This document shows, in pieces, positions 50,470 to 58,426 of a stretch of 64,000 bases of DNA; position 1 is the stretch's first letter, and each line of letters begins with the position of its first letter. Position numbers and translations under genes: made by a program. This DNA comes from Candidatus Omnitrophota bacterium (lineage in GTDB: Bacteria > Omnitrophota > Gorgyraeia > Zapsychrales > JAHFFX01): positions 7,359 through 71,358 of the forward strand of contig JAHFFW010000008.1 in assembly GCA_023247725.1 (NCBI GenBank), read 5' to 3'. The notes beneath the pieces were generated by a model. That model worked only from the letters and a program-made list of their open reading frames with translations. It was not told the origin of the DNA and searched no databases.

Positions 50470-51729
50470 ATGGAAAAACTCGTGATCGAGGGAGGCCATG
50501 CCCTCAAAGGGGAAGTCAGGGTCAGCGGCTCAAAAAATGCCGCCTTGCCGGTTTTGGCGGCAACGTTATTGACCGACGACGAATGTGTGTTAAGGAATAT
50601 TCCCCGCCTGCGCGATACCATGACGATGGTGAAACTCTTGCGCTCTCTGGGAAAAACGATCGATATCGGAAAGGATTCGGTTACCGTCAGCAAAGGTCCC
50701 TCCAATCATGTTGCGGAGTATAAACTTGTGTCGACGATGCGGGGGTCATTTTGCGTCCTGGGTCCGCTTCTGGCGAAGCTTGGCAAGGCCAAGGTTTCTT
50801 TGCCGGGCGGATGCGTCATCGGCATCCGGCCGGTGGATTTGCACATCAAAGGCATCAAGGCCCTGGGCGCCAAAATTGATTTTGACAGCGGGTATGTGGT
50901 CGCCAGCGCCCACCGGCTCAAAGGCAATCACATGTATCTCGGCGGAGGTTTTGGTTCCTCGGTCCTGGCCACCGCGAATGTGATGATGGCGGCGACTTTG
51001 GCCGACGGAGAAACCATCATCGAATCAGCCGCCTGCGAACCCGAGATCGAAGACTTAGCCAATTTTCTCATGGCCATGGGGGCAAAGATCAAGGGAAAGG
51101 GAACCCCGCAGATTGCAGTCCAAGGCGTCAAGAAATTGCACGGGGCGAATTTTCGCATCAGTTCGGACCGAATCGAGGCCGGGACCTTCATCCTTCTGGC
51201 GGCGGCGTTGCGCAGCAACATCACGATTCGGGAAACGAACTTCATGCATCTTCTGGCGCTTCTGGATAAATTGGAGGAAGCCGGCATGAGATTCGAAAAA
51301 GAATACAATCTGATTCGTCTCAAATGCAGCCGGCATCTGAAACCGACCAGCATCACCACCTTTCCCTATCCTGGTTTTCCGACGGATTTGCAGGCCCAGT
51401 TCATGGCGCTTATGGCCATGACCCCGGGGGTGAGCGTCATCACCGATAAAGTTTATCCCGATCGGTTTATTCATATCGCGGAGCTCAACCGCATGGGGGC
51501 GAGCATCCGTCGGGAAGGCAGCAACGCGATTGTCGAAGGAGTCAAAACCCTTCACGGGGCTCCGGTCATGGCCTCGGATCTGCGGGCCTCGTCGGCGCTC
51601 ATCATCGCCGGGCTGGCGGCCAAGGGGAAGACCGAAATCCATCGCATCTATCATCTGGAGCGCGGTTACGAGAATCTCGACGAGAAATTGGCAACGATGG
51701 GGGCGAAAATTTATAGGGAAAAGGAATAG
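50470..51729 (+). CDS. murA: UDP-N-acetylglucosamine 1-carboxyvinyltransferase
   Basis: GSKNAALP, LPGGC.IG.RP, DRIEAGT, GFPTDLQ, DLRA. Confidence 0.97.
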   Translation: MEKLVIEGGHALKGEVRVSGSKNAALPVLAATLLTDDECVLRNIPRLRDTMTMVKLLRSLGKTIDIGKDSVTVSKGPSNHVAEYKLVSTMRGSFCVLGPLLAKLGKAKVSLPGGCVIGIRPVDLHIKGIKALGAKIDFDSGYVVASAHRLKGNHMYLGGGFGSSVLATANVMMAATLADGETIIESAACEPEIEDLANFLMAMGAKIKGKGTPQIAVQGVKKLHGANFRISSDRIEAGTFILLAAALRSNITIRETNFMHLLALLDKLEEAGMRFEKEYNLIRLKCSRHLKPTSITTFPYPGFPTDLQAQFMALMAMTPGVSVITDKVYPDRFIHIAELNRMGASIRREGSNAIVEGVKTLHGAPVMASDLRASSALIIAGLAAKGKTEIHRIYHLERGYENLDEKLATMGAKIYREKE

Positions 51730-51730
51730 G

Positions 51731-51817
51731 GTTGAAAAGGATATGAGGGCAAGAAAACTTGATTCCTTGGGCGATCAAGCGCTGGAAGATTCCAAAAAAG
51801 GTAAATTTAAGGAATGA
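51731..51817 (+). pseudogene. 3' remnant of a small antitoxin of a ParE/RelE-like TA pair
   Basis: VEKDMRARKLDSLGDQALEDSKKGKFKE*, coupled by TGATG to a toxin fragment. Confidence 0.55.
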
Positions 51818-51927
51818 TGAGGCATTTTGCCAGCCCATCATTTTGGGAATGTTACCATCATCTCCCTCGAAACGTTCAAAAATTAGCGGAAAAATTTTTT
51901 GAGAAGGCAGGGCCATGGTCCAGATGA
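51817..51927 (+). pseudogene. 5' remnant of a ParE/RelE-like toxin
   Basis: MRHFASPSFWECYHHLPRNVQKLAEKFF; similarity ends before the expected HPSL motif. Confidence 0.6.
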
Positions 51928-52463
51928 CGACCTTTGCGGGTGGCAGGACGGGATCATGGCAAGTTGAGCATATCCGTGCCGTCATTGGTCCGCCATTGGA
52001 AATGGTCAAGCGCCTGGCCGTGGCTAAGGGCAAAGATTCCTCGAATCAAAACGCGGTATGGCGGCTGCGCGGCGTGACCAGTTATGAGCGGTATGTGCAT
52101 CGATCCGAACGAGAGCAGCTGGTAGCCCGCCAGCCTGAGCTTGGGCGGGTTGAGGCAACGCACGCCGCGCTCATCCCCATCAAAAAATCTGCCGCTTGGT
52201 GGAACTTGACTCAAGATGAGCGTCGGGAAATCTTCGAAGAGCAATCGCATCATATTGCCACCGGACTGCAATATCTCCCGGCGGTTGCCCGGCGCCTTTA
52301 CCACAGCCGCGATCTGGGCGAGCCGTTCGATTTTCTCACCTGGTTTGAGTATGCACCGGCGGATGCCTCTGCCTTTGAGGATCTGGTGCAAAGATTGCGT
52401 CGGACACCGGAGTGGAAATTCGTCGAGCGGGAGCTCGACATCCGGCTCAGCAAACGGGAGTAG
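51915..52463 (+). CDS. cld: Chlorite dismutase, short clade-2 type
   Basis: LRGVTSYERY, IPIKKSAAWW.LTQDERR, proximal His in SHHI, RRLYHSRD, DFLTWFEY, EW.FVERE. Confidence 0.92.
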   Translation: MVQMTTFAGGRTGSWQVEHIRAVIGPPLEMVKRLAVAKGKDSSNQNAVWRLRGVTSYERYVHRSEREQLVARQPELGRVEATHAALIPIKKSAAWWNLTQDERREIFEEQSHHIATGLQYLPAVARRLYHSRDLGEPFDFLTWFEYAPADASAFEDLVQRLRRTPEWKFVERELDIRLSKRE

Positions 52464-52474
52464 GTGGATGAGTG

Positions 52475-52496
52475 GAGACCTACGGCTGGCCGATGG
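52475..52496 (+). repeat. Direct repeat 1 (19/22 identical to 62040-62061)
   Basis: gagacctacggctggccgatgg. Confidence 0.6.
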
Positions 52497-52671
52497 CCAC
52501 AATATAGACGCACGATGGAAGAGCTGATTGAGGCTGTTGCTGGATGGTAATGGATGAAGCAATTAACCCGCCTAATCGCTTCATAATTTGAAGCGGTTAA
52601 ATTCCCGCCTTTTACCTTTTGGCATATAGATTTCAAAAAGTATAATGCGAAAGGTAAATTCCAAATTTCCC

Positions 52672-52753
52672 TAACTGTTGACAGTTATTTATAAGTGTAT
52701 ACGCTTAGGGAAATGTTCACTCAGGTGCTAATGTTCACTATTGAGTGAACATT
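52672..52753. promoter_or_regulatory. Palindrome over a TTGACA plus a triple AATGTTCACT motif (two direct, one inverted)
   Basis: taactgt-tg-acagtta; aatgttcactca (52712), aatgttcact (52730), tgagtgaacatt (52742). Confidence 0.5.
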
Positions 52754-52875
52754 CCATCGATTTGCTAATCTTATACAATCTTATGTAGTCGAAATATAAG
52801 AAGCGTATAAAATCTGTGCACTTGTTAATAAGTGACGAGGTTTTCTACAGGCGAAAATTGCTACCCGAAAAAATC

Positions 52876-52920
52876 TTGACATTATGTCGCATAAATTATA
52901 TACTTTTTGCGACAATAATA
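52876..52920 (+). promoter_or_regulatory. Near-consensus sigma70 promoter of abiE with an overlapping inverted-repeat operator
   Basis: TTGACA-N17-TATACT; attatgtcgca...tgcgacaataat inverted repeat. Confidence 0.8.
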
Positions 52921-52933
52921 GTGAGGTATATTT

Positions 52934-53530
52934 ATGCAATATACTAATGATATTGTAGTTAACAGAATACATGGCCATGGTAGGGGATGGGTTTTTACGC
53001 CAAGCCATTTTTTTGACCTTGGAAGTCACTTTGCTGTAAGAAAAGCCCTTGAGAGGTTAGCGAAGCAGGGAACAATCCGGCGCCTTTCCCCAGGGCTTTA
53101 TGACTATCCCAGGCGCCATCCTGCGTTGGGAGATTTGGTTCCTAACTATGAGCAAATTGGTAAGGCATTGGCCGGACAGTATAAATTAAGGCTGCAACCT
53201 TCCGGAGCCTACGCTGCCAATCTTCTAGGTTTAACCGAGCAGGTTCCGGCCAAAATCGTTTTTTTGACTGATGGCCCCAATCGGAAATTAACTATCGGCA
53301 ATCAGCGAATCATCTTTAAAAGAACCACCCCCAAAAACATGGCGGCCGCAGGCCGTGTTAGCGGTTTAGTTATTCAGGCCTTACGCCATTTGGGAAAGAA
53401 TAATGTGGATGATGATACCATCGACAGGCTTAAAACGCGATTGAGTGATGATGACAAACAGCAGCTTCTCAAAGATATTTCGTGCGCTCCGGCTTGGATC
53501 GGCGCAATATTCAGAAAAATGGTGGAATAA
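52934..53530 (+). CDS. AbiEi-type antitoxin / transcriptional regulator (DUF6088-like)
   Basis: VFTP..F.DLGS..AV..AL.RL...G.IRRL..GLY.YP, GA.AAN.LGLTEQVP, IQALR.LG. Confidence 0.88.
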   Translation: MQYTNDIVVNRIHGHGRGWVFTPSHFFDLGSHFAVRKALERLAKQGTIRRLSPGLYDYPRRHPALGDLVPNYEQIGKALAGQYKLRLQPSGAYAANLLGLTEQVPAKIVFLTDGPNRKLTIGNQRIIFKRTTPKNMAAAGRVSGLVIQALRHLGKNNVDDDTIDRLKTRLSDDDKQQLLKDISCAPAWIGAIFRKMVE

Positions 53531-54558
53531 TGGATCGATTTGCAGTCTTGCCTGCTTCAGAGAAAATTCTTTATTTCGATACAATGGCCGGTAAACTTGG
53601 GATCTCGCCGGAGATGGTCGAGAAAGATTTTTGGGGTTGCTGGACACTGGAGAAACTTTTCACATTAAAGGATATTGGAGCGCACATCACATTTAAGGGC
53701 GGCACCTCGCTCTCCAAGTGCTACAACGCCATTGAACGTTTCTCGGAAGATGTTGATATTGCCATTGAAAGAAAATATCTGGAACATGGCAAAGATATTG
53801 AGCCGTCGGTTGATGTCAGCAATAAGGAAAATCAGCGACGCATCGAAGAATTGATGGCTTCCGCCAGGACAGCCATTCGCAAGCAGATTCTTCCGGAGTT
53901 ACGACGGCAAGCTGAAAAGATCCTTGGAAAGAGTGGTCAATGGTCGATAGATTTGGATCCCAAAGATCCGCTCGAGCAGACACTTCTGTTTGTTTTTCCA
54001 AAAGCTGTCATAAAAACGGATCGCGAATATGTAATGCCTATAGTTAAGATTGAGTTAGGCGCCCGTTCAGATGATTGGCCGGCGCAATCTGTTCATATCT
54101 TCCCCTACGTAGCTGAAGTTTTACATGATGCGTTAGTCGTTCAGCCCATCACCGTCAAGGTTTTATCGGCGGAGAGGACATTTTGGGAGAAGGCGATGAT
54201 CCTTCACCGGCTTTATCACTCTCCCGAAGAGAAGACTGTTTCAAAACGTATGTCACGGCATTATTATGATCTATATGCGATGAGTAAGGCTGGAATATTT
54301 GATAGGGCGCTTAAGGATGTTGGGTTGATGCGCAGTGTCGTTGAGTTCAATAGACTTTTCTTTCGATATTCTTGGCTAAATTATGACGAGGCCAAGCGCG
54401 GGACTTTCCGCTTGGTTCCTAAGGATGCTGAGCGGATTAAGAGCCTGAAAATTGACTACCGGCAAATGGAGCAAATGTTTTTCAAGGATCAACCGGCGTT
54501 TGATCGGATTATAGAAAGACTTAAAGAGATAGAAGATAAAATTAATGACCAAAAATAA
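53530..54558 (+). CDS. AbiEii/AbiGii nucleotidyltransferase toxin (type IV TA)
   Basis: [32 protein letters not shown]; TAATG coupling with the antitoxin. Confidence 0.92.
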   Translation: MDRFAVLPASEKILYFDTMAGKLGISPEMVEKDFWGCWTLEKLFTLKDIGAHITFKGGTSLSKCYNAIERFSEDVDIAIERKYLEHGKDIEPSVDVSNKENQRRIEELMASARTAIRKQILPELRRQAEKILGKSGQWSIDLDPKDPLEQTLLFVFPKAVIKTDREYVMPIVKIELGARSDDWPAQSVHIFPYVAEVLHDALVVQPITVKVLSAERTFWEKAMILHRLYHSPEEKTVSKRMSRHYYDLYAMSKAGIFDRALKDVGLMRSVVEFNRLFFRYSWLNYDEAKRGTFRLVPKDAERIKSLKIDYRQMEQMFFKDQPAFDRIIERLKEIEDKINDQK

Positions 54559-54700
54559 ATCAACCGGCATCAAATCATGGCCATTGGATGACAGGCCAAG
54601 AGAGAAATTGCTTAAAAAAGGCGCGGACGCTTTGAGTAATTCTGAACTCTTGGCAATTTTGTTGCGCACGGGGAACCTAAAAGAAGAAGAGAGGACGTAA
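54545..54700 (+). CDS. 51-aa ORF comprising only the RadC/UPF0758 N-terminal segment (mini-protein or radC remnant)
   Basis: [51 protein letters not shown]; below the ORF-track cutoff. Confidence 0.8.
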   Translation: MTKNKSTGIKSWPLDDRPREKLLKKGADALSNSELLAILLRTGNLKEEERT

Positions 54701-56160
54701 TGTTTGAGCAAGTTTTCAAGAATATTGACGACATCCTTCACAAAGATGCAGGGTGCAGTAGCGAGCTTGATTATGTGGAGCAGACTTCATGGGTTCTCTT
54801 TCTGAAATATTTGGATGATCTTGAGAAAGACAAGAAGACCGCGGCCAAATTGGCGGGCAAGACGTATTCAAATATTATCGGTCCGGAATATCGTTGGGAT
54901 GTATGGGCAACGCCCAAAGACAATGATGGCAAGCTGGATCATCACAAAGCACTAACGGGCGATGACCTTAAAGATTTTGTTGACCACAAATTGTTTCCCT
55001 ATCTGAAAAAGTTTAAAACCAGCGCCCAGAGCCCCGACACCATTGAATACAAAATCGGCGAGATTTTCAGCGAACTTAAAAACAAAATCCAGAGCGGTTA
55101 CAATCTCCGCGAGGTCATCAACTTAATTGATCAGCTTCGTTTTCGTTCTCATGCCGAGAAGCATGAAATGTCGCATCTTTATGAAGACAAGATCAAGAAT
55201 ATGGGCAACGCCGGACGTAACGGCGGCGAATACTACACGCCCCGTCCGCTGATCAAAACGATTGTCAAGGTAGTTGCACCTGAAATCGGCAATAAAATTT
55301 ATGATGGTGCGGTCGGGTCAGCGGGCTTTTTGTGCGAAGCCTTTGAGTATCTTAAATCTCAAAAGAATCTAACAACCAAAGACGCGCAGACGCTTCAGAA
55401 AAACACTTTCTACGGCAAAGAAAAGAAATCCCTCGCCTATATCATCGGCACGATGAATATGATTCTGCACGGCATTGAAGCGCCCAATATTGTGCATACC
55501 AACACGCTGGCTGAAAACCTCGCTGATATTCAAGAGAAAGACCGTTATACAATCGTCCTTGCCAATCCGCCGTTCGGCGGTAAAGAACGAGCCGAGGTTC
55601 AGCAAAATTTTTCGATAAGAACCGGCGAAACCGCGTTTTTGTTTCTTCAACATTTTATTAAGATCTTGAAAGCCGGCGGCCGTGCGGGTGTAGTCATTAA
55701 GAATACATTTCTTTCCAATACTGACAATGCCTCGATCAGCCTGCGCAAACTACTTTTAGAAAGCTGTAATTTACACACGGTACTTGATCTTCCCGGCGGC
55801 ACATTCACCGGCGCAGGAGTCAAGACTGTGGTTTTGTCTTTTGAGAAAGGCACGTCGACCAAGAAAGTCTGGTTTTATCAACTTAACCTTGGCCGCAACC
55901 TCGGCAAGACCAACCCGCTCAATGAAAACGATCTGGCCGATTTTGTGAAATTGCAGAAATCAAAAGCGGATTCGGAAAATTCATGGACGGTCAATGTGGC
56001 GGATGTGGATAAGGTTACTTTCGATTTGTCCGTCAAGAATCCGCATAGAAAAGATGAAACGACTTTGCGCGAACCGAAGGAAATATTGGCTTCAATGAAA
56101 AAGCTGGATGAAGAGAATAAGGAAATAATGCAAGAAATCAGTCGGATAATAGGAGATTAA
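54700..56160 (+). CDS. hsdM: Type I restriction-modification N6-adenine methyltransferase subunit
   Basis: GEYYTPR, YDGAVGSAGFL, LANPPFG. Confidence 0.95.
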   Translation: MFEQVFKNIDDILHKDAGCSSELDYVEQTSWVLFLKYLDDLEKDKKTAAKLAGKTYSNIIGPEYRWDVWATPKDNDGKLDHHKALTGDDLKDFVDHKLFPYLKKFKTSAQSPDTIEYKIGEIFSELKNKIQSGYNLREVINLIDQLRFRSHAEKHEMSHLYEDKIKNMGNAGRNGGEYYTPRPLIKTIVKVVAPEIGNKIYDGAVGSAGFLCEAFEYLKSQKNLTTKDAQTLQKNTFYGKEKKSLAYIIGTMNMILHGIEAPNIVHTNTLAENLADIQEKDRYTIVLANPPFGGKERAEVQQNFSIRTGETAFLFLQHFIKILKAGGRAGVVIKNTFLSNTDNASISLRKLLLESCNLHTVLDLPGGTFTGAGVKTVVLSFEKGTSTKKVWFYQLNLGRNLGKTNPLNENDLADFVKLQKSKADSENSWTVNVADVDKVTFDLSVKNPHRKDETTLREPKEILASMKKLDEENKEIMQEISRIIGD

Positions 56161-56181
56161 TCTTTCTAATCAACGAAGCGT

Positions 56182-57147
56182 ATGCCTCCAGAGAACTTTG
56201 AACAATTTAAAGCAAAGCATGAAGCATGGAAAAAGTGTCTTTCCGGTGAAGATCGCAATTCTGTGTTCAATCAAATCTTTCGGATGGTTTGGAATGCCGC
56301 AGTTTTTAAAATAATTAACGAGGCACGCAGGATTTCTCCGACAGATACAAAAGGTCAGATTAAAATTAATGGGATGGTGCATCATTTTTTAGACAGGTGC
56401 TTCTTTGACAGCCAGTTTCTGGCTGTTCGACGGTTGACAGATGCGGCATACACATTAGAGGATGCCAAGAAAGGGATATTTTCTTTGACTGCATTATTAA
56501 ATGATATGAAAGCAAATATCTCTCTAATGACTCGCGCAAATCTTTTCGCAGTTGAAAACCTTGAATATGATCCTACGGGAATTCAGCAACGAGAATTGCA
56601 ATATGCTTTTGAACAATCCAAAAATGGGAAAGGCGCATATTGGTCATCTTTTAAAGGAAGTAGTCATGACATAACGTCCAGACATGATCAGATTGACGTT
56701 CTTTGTGGAACATCCGCCGATCAGCGCAAGCCATCTGATACTATTCGGGGAGAAATCTTTGATTATTTACTTAAGCGGACAAAGGATGCTTCAGAAGACG
56801 TTAATCTGCACGTTAATAAATACATCGCTCATGCCGCAACGCCTGATAGCCGCGAATATTCTAAAGCAGGCGAGGTGTCTATTACTTTAGATCATTTATG
56901 GGGCGCGCATAAAGTAATTTGTCAGGTCGCTAATTTTGTTGATGTATATATGCTTTCGAGAGCCCATTATAGCTTCTTGCCAGTTCCGCAATATGACCAT
57001 TTTGAACATATTGATGAGTTTTTGGTTTCCGCAGAGGGAGTGGATGCTTTAAGTAACGCATGGCATCAATTTCAGAAAGACACAGATTCTTGGGCGTCAT
57101 GGGGAATGAAAGAGTTGCAGGAAGAAATATTGCAGAAAAATGAATAG
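56182..57147 (+). CDS. All-helical HEPN (AbiU2-like) domain protein embedded in the R-M operon
   Basis: LAVRRLTD...SL..LL.D and VNKYIAH (atypical RxxxxH position). Confidence 0.55.
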   Translation: MPPENFEQFKAKHEAWKKCLSGEDRNSVFNQIFRMVWNAAVFKIINEARRISPTDTKGQIKINGMVHHFLDRCFFDSQFLAVRRLTDAAYTLEDAKKGIFSLTALLNDMKANISLMTRANLFAVENLEYDPTGIQQRELQYAFEQSKNGKGAYWSSFKGSSHDITSRHDQIDVLCGTSADQRKPSDTIRGEIFDYLLKRTKDASEDVNLHVNKYIAHAATPDSREYSKAGEVSITLDHLWGAHKVICQVANFVDVYMLSRAHYSFLPVPQYDHFEHIDEFLVSAEGVDALSNAWHQFQKDTDSWASWGMKELQEEILQKNE

Positions 57148-58426
57148 AACAATTAAACAATTAGAGTCGAATCAGGCAAGCACTGCTTGGCAAACCAAAA
57201 CGCTTGGCGAGGCTTGCGAAGTCTTTGCCGATGGGGATTGGATAGAGAAGAAAGACCAAGCAACAAGCGGTATACGGCTTATACAGACTGGCAATATTGG
57301 GAATGGATATTTTTTAGATAGAGGTGAGAAAGCACGGTATATTTCAGAAGGTACATTTAAAAGATTGCGATGTACAGAAGTTTTGCCGGGTGATTGTTTG
57401 CTTTCCAGATTACCCGATCCAGTAGGAAGGGCAGGTCTTATCCCTGATACAGGGCAAAAAATGATTACTGCGGTTGATTGCACAATCATGCGTTTCAAAA
57501 AAGATACTTTGCCTAAATGGTTTATTTATTATTCTTTGTCTCCAGACTATCAAAACGAAATTAACAAAGAGGTCACTGGAGCGACACGTCAACGTATCAG
57601 CAGAAGTAATTTAGGCAATATTAAACTTCCAATCCCCCCGCTCCCCGAACAGAAACGGATTGTTAAGATTTTAGATGATGTTTTTGAAAAAACCGCCAAG
57701 GCCAAAGAAAATGCCGAGAAGAATCTGCAAAACACCCGGGAACTTTTTGAATCGTATTTGCAGGGTGTGTTTGCTGATTCTGGCGATGGATGGGAAGAAA
57801 AGAAGCTGGGGGATAACAATATTCTTGAAATTATCGATGGCGACCGAGGAGTTAATTATCCTGAGAAGTCGGATTTTCTAGATCGAGGTTATTGTCTTTT
57901 TCTGAATACTAAGAATGTACGTCCTGATGGGTTTAATTTTGATACAGCAATGTTTATTTCGAAAGAAAAAGATAATGCTTTACGCAAAGGGAAACTTCAG
58001 CGAAATGATGTAATCCTCACGACCAGAGGAACAATCGGTAATCTAGCTGTTTATGATAGCAACGTTAGTTATGAGAATATCAGAATCAATTCGGGTATGC
58101 TTGTTTTTAGACCGAAGGTAGAAAAATTATTGCCTTCTTTTCTCTTTGAGGTATTCCGGTCTGGAATTATGAAAAATCAAATTTCTCGGCATGTGTCGGG
58201 CGCGGCTCAGCCTCAATTACCGATTAAGACTTTGGTAAATTTTACGATTCCCGTGCCCAATAGTATCGATGAGCAAAAGAAAATCGTTGATCGCCTTAGA
58301 GAAATTTCAGCCGAAACCAAAAAACTCGAAGCTATCTATCAGCAAAAGCTCGCTAACTTGGAAGAGTTAAGAAAATCAATATTACAAAAAGCGTTCAATG
58401 GCGAACTTGTAGAGGCAAACGTATGA
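57140..58426 (+). CDS. hsdS: Type I R-M specificity subunit with two TRDs
   Basis: W....LGE, IPPLPEQKRIV, W..KKLGD, PVP..DEQKKIV, KSILQKAF.GEL. Confidence 0.95.
   Translation: MNRTIKQLESNQASTAWQTKTLGEACEVFADGDWIEKKDQATSGIRLIQTGNIGNGYFLDRGEKARYISEGTFKRLRCTEVLPGDCLLSRLPDPVGRAGLIPDTGQKMITAVDCTIMRFKKDTLPKWFIYYSLSPDYQNEINKEVTGATRQRISRSNLGNIKLPIPPLPEQKRIVKILDDVFEKTAKAKENAEKNLQNTRELFESYLQGVFADSGDGWEEKKLGDNNILEIIDGDRGVNYPEKSDFLDRGYCLFLNTKNVRPDGFNFDTAMFISKEKDNALRKGKLQRNDVILTTRGTIGNLAVYDSNVSYENIRINSGMLVFRPKVEKLLPSFLFEVFRSGIMKNQISRHVSGAAQPQLPIKTLVNFTIPVPNSIDEQKKIVDRLREISAETKKLEAIYQQKLANLEELRKSILQKAFNGELVEANV

Noticed and set aside
52712-52753. Mini CRISPR array
   Set aside because: Repeats are only 10-12 nt, one is inverted, there are no spacer-length intervals and no cas genes
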